DNA of 64,000 bases from Gracilinanus agilis. Lineage: Eukaryota. The position numbers and the translations under genes were made by a program. Shown piece by piece: positions 12,371 through 25,640 of this stretch. Below the pieces are notes generated by a model, which was not told the origin of the DNA, ran no database searches, and was given only the letters and a program-made list of their open reading frames with translations. The number at the start of each line of letters is the position of its first letter. Positions within the stretch are counted from its first letter, which is position 1. Location: positions 498,416,367-498,480,366 of the forward strand of contig NC_058130.1 of assembly GCF_016433145.1 (NCBI RefSeq), written 5' to 3'.

Positions 12371-13380
12371 CAGAGGTAAGACCATACCAGTGCATATTCT
12401 GAAGACTGTGGCCAGAATCAGGTTAAAATGTAATTGGGAAATATTTTAAAAATAAATATTGTTGTATTTGGGAAGCTGTAAGATGACAGAGGTCTGTAGG
12501 ATCAAATCTCTCTGATCCTTTGGTCTATGGAGAGGACCTACACCAACCCCCCCAACAGGCTTGAGTAAAGGGATGGGCAGGATCTTGCTGAGTGCTCCTT
12601 CACTTCCCCCCTCCCACTAAGCAGTTAGAAAGTCAGTTACAATATGGAGGTTGATCTGTTATCTTCTTAGCCCAAATAGTAGACTTGGAAAGACTAAACT
12701 CCTAAAGATGATAACTTTCTCTAAATTATTTCCCCACAGGAATGTATAGGAGAAGTTTGATGTCTTAGAAGCTCACGGGCACAGAGTATAGGATATAAAC
12801 CAGGGTTACAAAGTAAGAGGAACTCAGCTTGAGGAAGCTGTGAATATTTCCCTAAATATAATCAGGCATTGCTCCCAATTGATAAAGGGTTTAATGATAG
12901 GTGGGAATGAGAAGGAAGGGAGAAGGAATAAGGATTGATAAAGTCTGGAAACCCCTCAAAATATTATGTCCAAGCAGCCCCTCCCCCCAAAGGGGAAAGG
13001 TAACTTGAAGAGTTAATCTGCTCTCTATCCCTATAAATATTCTTCCTCTATGTCTAAATAACTAAACAGAGGTAAACTGTGATGTAGTTGAATGTCAAAC
13101 CAAGGTAAATCAGGTTGGCAGCTAGGAACTAAAATGGCTTTCCTCAGATTCAAGCCTCAAGCCCCCAAGAGCAATCCAGGACCCAAGACCCAGCAAGCAG
13201 AGTGACCTGCCTCCTCTAACCCCTGGGCTCCAGCTCCCTTAACTGCCCTAACTTCTCTCTCTCTCAGAGTTCTTGGGGTACCCTCTGGAATTCTGAGCTA
13301 TAGCCTGAACCCCCCTTTGCAGCTTGAATTCTTCTCTGCGATATGAATCTCACAATATCAATATAATGAAAAATATGTAG
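12371..13380 (-). mobile_element. hAT/Charlie-like MITE split by an LTR
   Basis: ccagaatcaggttaaaatgtaattgggaaatatt is the reverse complement of the shared core of the elements at 15661 and 44136. CAGAGGT terminus. Confidence 0.5.
12460..13354 (-). mobile_element. Solo ERV LTR (895 bp) with 4-bp TSD ATAT
   Basis: Termini TGTTG...CTCACA. ATAT at 12456-12459 and 13355-13358. More GC-rich than the flanks. Confidence 0.75.
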
Positions 13381-13459
13381 TACTTATTATTTCCTTTTGT
13401 ATCCTTAGAACTTAAAATAGTGTGTGGAACAGATTTAGTGTTTAGTAAATGTTTGTTGA

Positions 13460-13700
13460 GGGCACTTGGGTGGTGCAGTGGATTGAGTTCAGGGCCTGGA
13501 GGCAAGAAGGCATCTTCTTGAGCTCAAATCTGACCCAAGACAGTTACTAGTTGTGTGATCCTGGACAAATCATTTAGTCCCGTTTCCTTTGGTTTCCTCA
13601 CTTGTAAAATGAGCTGGAGAAGGAAATTGAAAGCCACTCCAGTATCTTTGTCAAAAAAACCCTAAAATAGAGTCACAAAGAATTGGACATGACGATTGAA
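13460..13700 (+). mobile_element. MAR1-type SINE
   Basis: Head gggcacttgggtggtgcagtggatt; 3' gagctggagaaggaaattgaaagccactccagtatctttg. Confidence 0.85.
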
Positions 13701-14569
13701 ATGATTTTCAATTCAATTTCAATTCAAATGATTTAATCAAAAATATTTATTGAATAAGTGACTTAAGTTCTGAACCAGGGGATAACTGCATGGGCTGAGA
13801 GAAAAGGGTGATATAGAAAGTGTTGAGATGGAGTCCAAGGTACCAGGCAAAAGTTCTAAGCTTGAGAAATATGCTAGAGGGTGTATTTATAAGATATATA
13901 ATGTACCTTAAGAATGTATTTCTTTCTATCTCTAGTCTGTGTTGGACTTCACTGGAACCACTTCAGAAATCTAGCTTTAAAAAATATCTTTAGGGAAGTC
14001 ATTTTGTGACCACTTAAGAACCTTCAAGCTTCTGTATTTTATTTAGTGTATTTAAAAGTTATTCTGAAAAGAAATAGATAGGCTTTGATAGTGAATTTGC
14101 CCTTTAAGTAGATATTAGTAACTTTTTGTTGCTGCTAGACCATATCATTCTCTTTTGACATTCTCTTTTTAGATGACTTGAATTTTAATATATTATTTAT
14201 GATCTCTATTCCATACTTCACAGTGTGTAAAAAATCCAAACATTAGGAACTTCCTGGCATATATTAATGTGTTCAAAGTTAGCTCAACACTGCTCTTCCT
14301 GCTGCCTTCAGAGTTCCATGAAGAAGGCTTAAGTTAGCCATTATCTCAATTGCTTTCGTATTGAGGGATTGAGAAGTGCTTCAGACAAAAGCTCAAGCTG
14401 TACCTCATTGCCAAAGAAAATAAAGCCAGTATCTCACTTATAGATTTGTTTTGCCTAACTCCCAAGGGTTGAATACATTAAAATGGCATCTCTCATATGG
14501 AGTTTTCAAAAATGCCTAAGATTAAAGCAGCCATTGAATTTTTCCTTTTCTTTTTGATCTCACACTTTT

Positions 14570-14870
14570 TTTCTTCAAGCCATTCTCTACCCAGGTGCCA
14601 AATTGCTATACCTAAAGTGCAGGTATGACCATATCATTCCCCTGCTCCAAAAGCTTTGCTGGTTCCTGATTGCCTATATAAGGTAAAATATAGACCTCTC
14701 TCTTTTTGGTATGTAAAGTCTTTTATAGTCTGGCTCTTGTCTATTTTTTCCAGAGTTATTTCCCATCACTCCCCCTCAGAAACTCTATTCTCCAGTCAAA
14801 TGAGCCTATTTTATATTCCCCACATGCAACATTCTCTCAGGCTATCTATCCTCTCTGACTAGAAAGCTCC
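14570..14870 (+). mobile_element. L2 3' fragment
   Basis: gtatgaccatatcattccctgctccaaaagctttgctggttcc is a typical L2 segment. Confidence 0.7.
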
Positions 14871-14944
14871 TCTTGGGATAATTGCCTCCCCTCAGTGCTC
14901 TGGGAGAGTGTTCCTTCTTACGTGAATATTTCTTGATTGCATGA

Positions 14945-15385
14945 GACAGTTATGTGGTAGACTAGGACTAGTCCAGGAGTCAGAAATGAGTTCAGTTTTA
15001 CCACCGATACTTACTGACTCTGTGGCTCTCTGTAAGTCACTTAATCTTTGTCTACCTCAGTTTCTTCAAATGCAAAATGGGGATCATAGAACCTACCTCA
15101 CAGGATTGTTTTGAAGATCGTAGGAGATATTAGATGTAAAATACTCAATAGCTGGCACATAGTAGATAATAAATGTTTTATCCTTGGGGAAACTAGGTGA
15201 CTCAATGGATAGTGAGTCAGGTCTGGAGATGAGAAGTTCTGGGTTCAAATCTAACCTTAGATACTTCCTAGCTGTGTGCACCTGGGTAAATCAGTTAAGC
15301 ACCATTGCTTAGCTTTTACCAGTCTTCTGTCTTGGAACTAGAATACAGTATTGATTCCATGATGGAAGGTAAGGATTTTTACAAT
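14945..15385 (+). mobile_element. MIR followed by a SINE1_Mdo-type SINE
   Basis: MIR CORE at 14945-15175; a second tRNA head with gggttcaaatct at about 15240. Confidence 0.8.
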
Positions 15386-15660
15386 GTTTGTTTTTTTTTT
15401 CCCTTTGCCCACCTTCTCCCTTCACCTGAGCTGTTAGTACTCTCCCTCTGTGTTTTAGAGACACTCCTTAGTAGAATGTAAGCTCTTTGAGGGCAGAGAC
15501 AGTTGCATTTCTGTCTTTGTAATGTCAGTCTCTAGTATAGCATGTTTCAGTAGAAGACGCTTAACAGATCCCTGTTGAATTAAATGAAATCGAATTGAAA
15601 TTTTGGGTGGTATATAGAGAGCTATAGGTAAATATCTTCCTCCCTAGTCAGTATAGGTCC

Positions 15661-15860
15661 TCAGAGTGATGGCATATTCAAATAGAAATGGATTTTTGCT
15701 GAGGCACATTGATTTAGATAGTCACAAGTTAACATTGTTTGTTTTATTTTATTTTCATTTATTCTGTTAAACATCTCCACAATTTATTTTAATCTGGTTC
15801 TGGTAGCACTTGGGAGTTTTGCCCTGCATGCATCAGTGGGAAGTGAGCCCAATACTTCTG
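15661..15860 (+). mobile_element. hAT/Charlie-like MITE
   Basis: Shares tcaaatagaaatgga...tttaatctggtt with the copy at 44136. Degenerate CAG...CTG termini. Confidence 0.5.
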
Positions 15861-16359
15861 CTCAAACACATCACATGCATTCTGTTTACTCAAAACATTC
15901 CCAGTCTTTTACGAAACATTTTTCCGAGAGGCACAGAAGTTATATACACCTGCTAGCATGGTAGTGCATGGTTTAGATACAGTCTGGGCAAATCCAGATC
16001 ACACACAATCCCCCTATAGATAGTGATCATTCTTCTAAGGGAGATTTCTCCCTCATTTTTTCGTAATTATTGTTCATATTTGCTCATAAATTTCCAATAA
16101 AATTGCAATTTTTAAAAAGGAAGCAATTAATCTGTAGGAAAAATTAACTGTGAAGTCTATGGAAGTCAGCCAGATGAGGAGTAATGAAGGTAGGAGGCTT
16201 AGACTTATTAAATGAAAAGTTGATAGTTTTGATACTATTATCAGAACTAGAATTTATACTTCATTTAGTCTGCTTACTTGATTCATGCCAAGTTTAATTC
16301 ACATGCAAAATTCTGCTAGTTTAGAAAATTGGATTTACTGATCTTTAAATAACTACTTC

Positions 16360-16820
16360 TGACACATGAACTGATGCGTAGTGAAGTGAGCAGAACCAGG
16401 AGAATATTTTACACAGTAATAGCAACACTATATAATGAACAATTGTGAATGACTTAGTTATTCTTAGCAAAACAGTGATCCAAGACAATCCCCAAGGACT
16501 CATGATAAAAAAATGCCACCCGCCTCCAGATAAAGAACTGATGGAGACTAAATGCAGACCAAAACATACTATATTTCACTTTCTTTCTTCTTTTTATTCA
16601 ATTCAAATTCTCTAGATGGAAATATAGAAAAACATTTTACATGATCACATATTTAAATATATGGAAAAACATTTTACATGATCACACACTTAAAATCTAT
16701 ATCAGAATGCTTGCTATCTCAGGGAGTTGGAGAATTTGGTTCAAATTTAAAAATGAAATAAAGATTAGAAATTATTTTTACATGTAATTGAGGAAAGAAT
16801 AAAATATTATTAAAAATTAA
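16360..16820 (+). mobile_element. L1 3' end with an internal 28-bp tandem duplication
   Basis: gtgagcagaaccaggagaa L1 motif. atat(a/g)gaaaaacattttacatgatcaca occurs twice at about 16622-16686. Confidence 0.8.
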
Positions 16821-17439
16821 AAAAATCTCAATTTCCACAAACTAATTGAATGACTATACATTGGCATTCTTGTACTATGGATTTTATATTAATATACTAG
16901 AATTTTTGTCTCTTATGCTTAGAATGTTTTTCCTATATACTTCCACCTCTCAGTCTCCCAGGATTTCCTCAAGGCTCAGCTCAGAATTAACTCCCTTCTT
17001 GAGTTCTCTATGGTTTTCTGCTAAATGTCAGCAACTTTGGCTTTGGACATACTCTGTATATATATTATTTATAGCAAATTACATGAAATTTATCACCATT
17101 AGAATGAAAACTTCTTGAAGACAGGGCTATTTTCACCTTTCTTTATATTCCCAAAACTTACAGTGCCTGGCTCATAGTAAACCCTTAATACTAAGTGCCT
17201 ATTGATTAATTGCTTGAATATCAATCTAAGGAAGAGATCCTGGGGAAGCTAGTTATTTTCTATATTCTATATTCTCAGTCTCAATACCTCATAAAGGGAT
17301 TTAATGGAAATGTCAAAAAATGTCTCTTAAAGAGTTCTTATAGTTTATCTTCATGTAAAGACATGGTAATGATACATTTGGTATTAAGTTGCTAATTATC
17401 CATTAAAAATAGTGGTTTTAAATTTTATTCAATTCAGTA

Positions 17440-17610
17440 TTAGAATCATAGAATAAATAGATCTAAGGTATTATTTTAAAGATGAGGAAACTGAGGACCA
17501 AATATATAAAGTGACTTGCCCAAGGTCACAAATGTAGAAACTAAAAAAATCAAGATTAGAATTCAGGTTCCTTGACTCAGTATTCAGAGACATTTCCACT
17601 ACACCACGTA
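17440..17610 (-). mobile_element. MIR
   Basis: gatgaggaaactgagg...aagtgacttgcccaaggtcaca. Confidence 0.8.
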
Positions 17611-17932
17611 GTCAGATTTAGAATACACATTAGTTATGTGAAGAGAGGATGAAATCAAAAGAAAGCCAAAGACATACTATATTTTGCACTTTTAAGATAA
17701 TAAATTTGTCTTATATGTGACATACATGATAGACCAGAGTTCTAACACTCAGTACATAGCTTCTCTGTATGATAGATGGTTCTCTGTATCTGATACTCTG
17801 AAAACATACCTCTGAAAGTGCCAGAAATTGATATATGAAATATACTTGTTGAAATTTAGCAAAACATAATCACCTGGTGATAATTATCACATAAATTTCT
17901 GTAGAACCGTGAGGCTTTTCAAGTGCTTATTT

Positions 17933-18122
17933 TGGAGCAGCTTGGTAGTACAGTGGCTAGAGCACCAGGACTGGATTTGGGAGAATGTGGGTTCAAATCT
18001 AACCCAAGACACTTTCAAGCTGTGGGACCCAGGGCAAGTCACTTGACCCCCAATTGCTTAGCCCTTGCCCTTCTGTGTTAGAGTTGTTATAAGATAGAAA
18101 GTAAGAGCTTTAGAAAAAAAAA
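17933..18122 (+). mobile_element. Marsupial tRNA-derived SINE
   Basis: A and B boxes, CORE segment, poly-A tail. Confidence 0.8.
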
Positions 18123-18449
18123 TAGAGTACTTATTTCACAACAGTCTTGAGCAGAAGATAGTACAAGTGCTGGTAACTTCATTTTACAAATAAGGAAACA
18201 AGATGAGTTCAACCCAGCAAACAAGTCAGAGATAGGATTTGGGCATAAATCCTTTTAAATCCAAGTTCAAAGCCTTTTGTGTCTTAGCTGTAATATTTAA
18301 AAATGTCATAGAAATTTGCTAAGTCTTGATGAAAAGATGGTGTACAATAAAGATTACTTGAATAGTTTGGTTGATAGCAAAGTAACAACAATAAAAATAA
18401 AAGAGATGGCAGTTAGCTTTTAATTATCTGTACTAATATGGGAGAATCA

Positions 18450-19510
18450 TAGAGTTGGAAGGAACTTCAGATGTAATCTGTTCCAAGCCTCATCCACAGC
18501 ATTAATCTCCTTTACACTATTCCTGACAAATAGTTATCTTGTGTCTGCTAGAATTTATCTCACAGAAAGAAATTCATTGCCTTCTGAGGCAATACATCCG
18601 ATGCTGATTCCTTATTAACAGAAACTTTCCTTATAAGGATTAAAAATCTGCCTCTTTCTGAGCCAAAATTTGTAACTACCTATTATTCTTCATTCAGCCA
18701 TCCAGAATTTTATCTCTTTTATATATCACAAACCTTTTTTAAATTAAAAAAATTTTAAATATTTTTAGTTCACTCTCATATCATTCCCTCTCCCTTTTCT
18801 CCATTCCAGACTTCTTTTGTCCAGGGTAAATATTTCCAGCTCCTTAAATGGCAAGTTTTCAAGCACCATCACCATCCAGATTGCTATTCTCTGGTTGTAT
18901 TCCCAATTGTCAATTAAGGGACTCTAAAATTTGGCACCCAGAACTGGACACAGCATTCCATTTAGGGTATGATCTGCCTAAAGAGTACAGCAGGACCTCT
19001 ATCTCTTTTTCTACGAGAATTATTACTATTATTAATGCAACTTACAATCACATTGAGTTTTTTGGCTGCCATAGCACCCTGTTGACTCATACTGAGTTTT
19101 CATCCAAAAATACCCTTAACTTTTTACATGAACAAGGATTGCATGATGTCTTCTTTGTCCTCTGTTGATAAGTGAACTTTCTGGAGCTGATTTGTAGTAA
19201 TTTATACTTTTACCTATTAAATTTAATCTTATTCATTTCAACTCCTTATTTTCATCTATCAAGAGTTTCTGTATCATGGTTCTGTCATTCAACATAATAG
19301 CTATTCTTGCCAATTTTGAGTCATCTGAAAACTTAATATATATTCTTTTTTTTGCCTTTACTCAAGCAATTGGTATAAATGTTAAACAGAACATGAATAG
19401 AATTGTGTCTCACTGCCCTCAAAAAACTTCATTCTGGTTTACATTGATCCATTAATTTAAAAAAATCCTTTGAATCTGGTCAGAGAAAGGAATGCAAAAA
19501 TTCTTATGTA
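18450..19510 (-). mobile_element. CR1/L3 LINE 3' portion
   Basis: Minus-strand translation MECCVQFWVPNFR matches the CR1 motif LEYCVQFWAP. Confidence 0.75.
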
Positions 19511-20109
19511 CTGAATAGTTTTCAAGTTTCATAGTTTAATGAAGTTGTGGTATCATTAATGAGGCTACACTTTCCTACAAATTACATTCCATCTATACCT
19601 TTTTGTTTAGAGTAATTCTCTCTAACAGCTTGTAAATTTATCGATCAACATTAATTGGTTTGAATCAATAGTCAACAAGTCAATAGGTCAACATTTATTA
19701 AGGGCTTATTAAAAGCAGTATTCTACTGAATGGTGGGAATACAGAGGCAAGCAGAGAGAATGATAGTCCCTGCCTTCAAATAGCTTACATTCTAATGATA
19801 GGAAGACAACTCAAAAAAGACAAAAAAAATCCCATTAAAGGATACTTAAAAGGGAGTTACAAGACTAGCTGAAGAGTAAGAAATAGAGTCTAGGGGAAAA
19901 ATGGAATCTTTAAAATTTAAGTTCAAAGAGGAAATTATTAATAAGGAAGGGGCCACAATGATGGGATGGACTTCCAGAGTGATGCGAATATCCAGAGTGA
20001 GAAGACTGCTGTGACATGGAAGATATAATCTAAAGTGTCAGGAATAGATTCCAGAGAGGACTGTATTTAAAATATTAATATTCTCTTAAAAGGACCCCAA
20101 ACCTCATAG

Positions 20110-20640
20110 GGCTATTTCTGGGAGGACCTGAATGGAAGTGGTAGTAAGCTACACTCTGAAACATGACCTACTAGAATATGAGGGCTGGAGTCCACTATAT
20201 CACTGTAACTGTAAAAAGATACTACTGTATTATAAGAGATGTTGACTATGAAAACTATAGAGAAATATGGGAAGACGTGAATTGAAGCAAAGAGGAGTAA
20301 GCAGAATAAAGGAAAATATACATGATAAGAGCAGTAGTATAAATGGAAGAACAACAATAAGAAAAGAAAATGAATGCTGTGTAATTATGACCAAACTTTT
20401 CCCCAAGAAGAGATGATAAAAAGTCCTCGCTGTGAGGGACTATGGATGTGGAGCATAGAATAAACCATCAGATGTATTAAATGATTATACCAAATTTTTC
20501 CCTCTAACTTTTCTTTCTTTTTTCTTTTTTTTCTTTTTGTCTTTATTTCAAGGGATGACTTTCCTATGTAGGAGTCAGTAGAAGGATCCATTTAGAGAAA
20601 GGTGATATGAATACAATAAATATCAACAATTAAAAAAAGA
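20110..20640 (+). mobile_element. Old L1 3' end fragment
   Basis: gaagacgtgaattgaagcaaagaggagtaagcagaa is an L1 3' motif. Confidence 0.65.
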
Positions 20641-20929
20641 AAAAATAAATTATTAATTGGAAAGTTGAACAAAGTTATTTCTTTTGTTAATAGAATTTGA
20701 TTCTTCTTATAATAACATATGTGTAGGAAATATTTCTTTGAAGAAGAGAATTTAAAGTTCCATTTTTACTTGCAAAATGAAATGCTTTAAAAATGGACCA
20801 CAAATAATATAATCAGTAATATATTTTGTTATATTTATACTTTTCGGTATACTATAGTTTTGCAAATATGTAGTCTGCTATATAATATAATTTTTGAATG
20901 ACAACATATACTTTTTTCATATTTTTATC

Positions 20930-21800
20930 AAGAATTCCCTCATTACATTTGTAGGTTATTTCATAAAGATTTTGTAGAGATTTAAGGGCAAGTATAGGGA
21001 TCTCTAGTGTTGATAGTCTCTTGGTTACCTTTTGTTTTTATTAATAATATAATCTGGTTATTTATTTTCTTGGTAAGCTTTTGATATTCTGTCCTTTTTC
21101 AGATTATCTTAAGAAAATCTCTTTCAATTATTTTATTTTTAGCACGGATTTCCTCAATGAATGCTTAGTTTAGTGCAGCCATTCTTCTCATCTTTATTCC
21201 TCTTATGGCCATTTCTACTTTCCTATACATTCCGTTAGGGTCCATAATGTAAGGTTGAAATGTGGTGAATATGCAGTCATTGATTAGGAAAAGAATTTGT
21301 CATAGGCATCTTGACATACATCAAATCTATTTTTTATGTTTTTGTAATCTTGCTTACAGTTTCATCTTAAGAGTACTATCAAAAAGATCGGGTTTGGTTG
21401 GATCTCTTTCCAAGCTTTCAGTAAAATTTCTTTTTCTCCTTACACTTCTTGGTTTAAAAAAATTTTTATGAGGTGGTACTGTTTATAATCTTTCACTGTT
21501 CTTCACTTAAAGTTTTTGCAAACAAGGGTACATTCTAAACTAGCGTTGTTCTTGGCTGCCATTTCTCTTTACTTGGCAAGATTTTTAAGTGTTTGCTGGC
21601 TAAAACCATTTCTAGTCTCTTTTGGTTTCTTAATTATGGCAGCTGATTTATGTTGATGTTGGTTCTTTTATCCATTTCTCAGTTCAAGTTAGAACTATTT
21701 CCCCCACTATGTCTTGTCTTATATTCACTTTAATTCTGTCTTCAAATTTGGTATTGGCTTTAATCTTTGCTTTAACAAAGTAATCATTGGACTATACAAA
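20930..21800 (-). mobile_element. Old marsupial RTE LINE ORF fragment (linker and start of RT)
   Basis: Minus-strand translation gives KDYKQYHLIK, LKAWKEIQ, EEIRA and LYKIFM in the order expected for marsupial RTE. Confidence 0.7.
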
Positions 21801-22034
21801 GACAGTTGACTGGGAAATGATCACACCCCAGTAACTTCCTGTCAGTAGTTATCATTTCATTTTTGTGCTAATATTTGCTACTAGCCACGTCCAACACCTC
21901 CCATCTTTCTTTTTGAAGAAAGTATTCAATGAAACAGAAATGTAAGACTTTTGTGTTGCCTTTCCCCGTCTTATTTCTCTTTCATGAACTATTTTTGCAA
22001 AATATTTTGTTCTATTCTTTTGCATGTTCACTTT

Positions 22035-22230
22035 TGAGCAGTTCATTGGCACAGTATACAGAGTGTTCCAGAGTCAGGAAGACCTGACCCTTAATCCTGT
22101 CAGTCTCAGTTGCCTCATATGCAAAATGAGCTGGAGAGAGAAATGGCAAACTACTGCAGTATCTTTGCCAAGAAAGCCCCAAAATGGAGCCACAAACCAT
22201 CAGATATGACTGAAATGACTGAACAACATG
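22035..22230 (+). mobile_element. MAR1-type SINE
   Basis: gagctggagagagaaatggcaaactactgcagtatctttgccaagaaagcccc. Confidence 0.85.
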
Positions 22231-24499
22231 TTTACCTTTCTATTAAAGTCACTGGCCATATAAGTATATGTCCATGTAATTATCAAATTCTTCATAATTT
22301 ATCTACCCCCTGATCATAGGAATCTTTCTATACTTGCTTATCATGATCGTTGGGATATATAAACACCTGTCCCAATAAATAGTGTTTTCTTTTGCCTTTT
22401 GAAAACAGTTTCAACCAACTTCACCATTTCCTTTATTTGCATTTTCAAGATTAGCTCATTAATTTAATTCTATTTTCTTTTCCATTTTCATGTTATTTTT
22501 ACTTAGCTAGAAATATCTAAGCTTTTTTACAAAAGTGATCTACTTTATGACTTTTCTCTTGGGTTAATACCAGAATAAGCTTTATTTCCTTGATAATTTG
22601 TGAGTATCCAGGAGATATCTCAGGATGACATTGGCTAGAAAGAAGTTAGTTTGTGATTAGTTAGTGACTTTTCCCTGTTAATGATTTCCTGTTTGTCCTT
22701 TATGTAGCTTGCTTTGTATATGTTTGTTTGCGTATTGTCTCTCACATTAGTTTATAAGGTCCTTTAGGATTGGGACTTTTTTTTTTTGTCTCTGTGTATT
22801 TCTAGCATTTGCACATAGTAGGTGCTTAACAAATGCTGACTGATTTATTAATGATTAAAATGTGTTAGAAATATTCTATGCAATAAATCATGGGATGAGA
22901 TACAGTACCCTCACCTAGTCTAACCTCCTCAATATATAGATGAGGAAAACAAGGTGCACAGAGGTTAGTTAAGTTGACTTGTCCAACTTGACATAGATAG
23001 TAACATTTAGAAATAACACTGAACTCAGTGTTCTTTGCTTGTAGTCAGGTTCTCTGACTCTACATAATCTATCCTGGAATAATTAATTAAGACTTGACTA
23101 TAATATGTTAGAAATCTAGCATGTTTTTAAAGCATTATTAATGCTCAACTTTTTAGTTTCAGATGAAAACTTTACTTTGGAAGTACTTGTGTGCTATCAA
23201 AACAATCTAGGTAGGTATGATTTTTAGAACAAATTTTAAGTGTGGGTCAATGAAATACAAATGAAAAGAGAATCAATTAAACATGGGAGAGTGCTATAGT
23301 TTTTGTAAAAAATAAACAAAATTCAAACTTGATTTCTTTTGTAGGTTTATTAGCCATGCTCTGATATGAATTCCAAATACTTTCCTTACATTTATTAAAG
23401 ATTAGGTTATAAGCAAGCTTAATAATTTATTGATATCTTAAACCTTAAACAATAGTACATGTAAAAATCATTTTGTTACATTAAAAAGGTCAAATTATAA
23501 GGTTCATTTGGTTCATTAGATATGGCTCCTCTTTTCTAAACTAAATGAAAGAATTCATTGTTTTCTTTAAATAATGGATTTCAAATTCTGCTTTGATTAT
23601 AATAGGTTCTATTACAAATTATGAGTTTTCTTTCGTGAAGTCAGAAAGTTAAGAATACTTTAACTTGGTGAACTACTTATTATTAAGAAATAAAAAAAAA
23701 GTCAGGGGAGGTGATAAAAATCATAAGACACATTCTCCTGAAATATACCAATGATCCATCCAGCCAAGGTCTGGCAATGGGGGCTTTCAGTGATATCTAT
23801 ATCATAAAGTTAGGGATGTTACAAAAACGTCTCTCTCTTTGCACTGTTTATATTTTCAGCCTGTGCCATGTCTTTGGGTAATGGGTTCCATATGTTTACT
23901 ACCTGCTGGGGTAAAATAGTTTGTTTGTCCTACAGTCACCACTTTAAAGCTTCAAGAAGTACCCCCTTAGGTCTAACATTCAGGGAACTGGTAAATTAGT
24001 CCATACTTATCCTCTCCTGCCCATACCCTTTATAATTTTATACATTTTAATCATGCATATCTCCTAAAGTATGCTGAGCCCTTTGTCTTTCCAGACTCAG
24101 AATTCAGGTTTATTTTAGTCTTTCCTTAAATGGAAAATTTTTTTCTTCCATTTAATCTTTTCATTTGCCTTTTTTAGGACTCTAATTTGTAATATCAAGC
24201 TTGGGTTGACTGCCAAAATAGCTTTATTCAAAGACAGTGTCATATTTTCTATTTTATTTCCAATCTTCTTAATGATTCCTGGCTTTACACTATGAAAAGG
24301 TTGAAGCTGAGCTTGGAACTCATAGTAGAATCATGGATGAAACACATATTAAAGAAACTGAAATTACAGAAAAAAGAAACTGAATTATGAAAGGTGAATG
24401 AAACTAATCTATAGTTACATAGCATGCTAATGGGAGAATTAGGACTAGAACCCACTCCTCAGTTCCCTTAACTAATACTCTTTGTACTATGTGAAACAG

Positions 24500-24740
24500 C
24501 TAAATCCCTTTGAGTGCTGAACCTGGAGTCAGGAAGACCTGAGTTCAAGTCAAGTCCAGATGCTTACTATTTTTGTTATCTGAATAAGTCACTTGATCTC
24601 TGCTTCCAAATCTTCATCTCTAAAATGAGAAAGTTATAGCAACAACCTCTCAGGGTTATTGTGAAGATGGAATGAGATGATATTTGTGAAGCAGTTTGTA
24701 AACATTTCAGCACCATATAAGTGCTAGATATTATTAATAA
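24500..24740 (+). mobile_element. MIR
   Basis: ctggagtcaggaagacctgagttcaag...gttattgtgaagatggaatgagatga. Confidence 0.85.
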
Positions 24741-25439
24741 ATATTTTTACTGCTACTCCAAATAAACTCATTTGATGTTTTTTGTATATTCCCACAGACT
24801 TTTGAGATCTCCTCTTTCTCCTCCTTATGCCTCCCTGACTTTTGTTTTTTTAACAAGACTGAAGGGGTTTTTGTCATTTGTGAACTTGGAGGTTTCTCTA
24901 TGTATTCTTTATTTTATACATTATTTGTAAAAATGTTTAACATATACTTTTAAAACTTTTTTTCAACATCAGAAATATTTATTCCAATTTTAATATAATT
25001 CAGGTTGGCACATAACACTAATATCACAGATCACAGTAATAGTGGATGACCTTTCACTTCAAGCTATCTTTTGTGTTCGTCTTGGGACTAGAGAAGGTCA
25101 GAAATGGCTGAGAGAATAGGAGGGAGAGGGAAATTGAGAGAGGAAAGGAAGATGGAACTGAACATGATAAAAATAGGATTTTGTGAGAATGAAGGGCTTG
25201 ATAGAATATCACAGAGTGAAAAAGGGATGGCCTGAGAGTGAGGTATGGGGTTCGAAATGCAACCCAATGAAGCTGAAGGACAGGAAGATTTTCCAGGATA
25301 TAGGCAGATGCAAAGGACTTTTCCCTCCTCTTTCCCAAATCAGAAGACCATGTGAAGTGGGCCCTTACAACACTGGTAAAAGGTAAGGAAGTAGGGATAG
25401 CTAAGTACCCTAGGGTTAGCAATTCCTCATATAGAGAAA

Positions 25440-25640
25440 TGTTCATTTGTCTAATCTCTTTGCAGCTTTAAGCAAATTCTCTATCCATGACCAAATAGTT
25501 CCCGTAGTTCTAATTTTTAAAAGCGGTTTTTGGTGTGGAAGTTTGTCAAAGGCTTTTTTTGGGAGGGGGAAGGTGGGAAAGTCGAAATAAATTATCTCTA
25601 GTAGTTGAACTTTGTCCTCAGACACATATACCCAATGAAA
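25440..25640 (-). mobile_element. CR1/L3 reverse transcriptase fragment
   Basis: ORF-track peptide IIYFDF...KAFDKLPHQK.LLK...GTIWSWIENLL matches the CR1 RT motif YLDFxKAFDKVPH. Confidence 0.8.
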
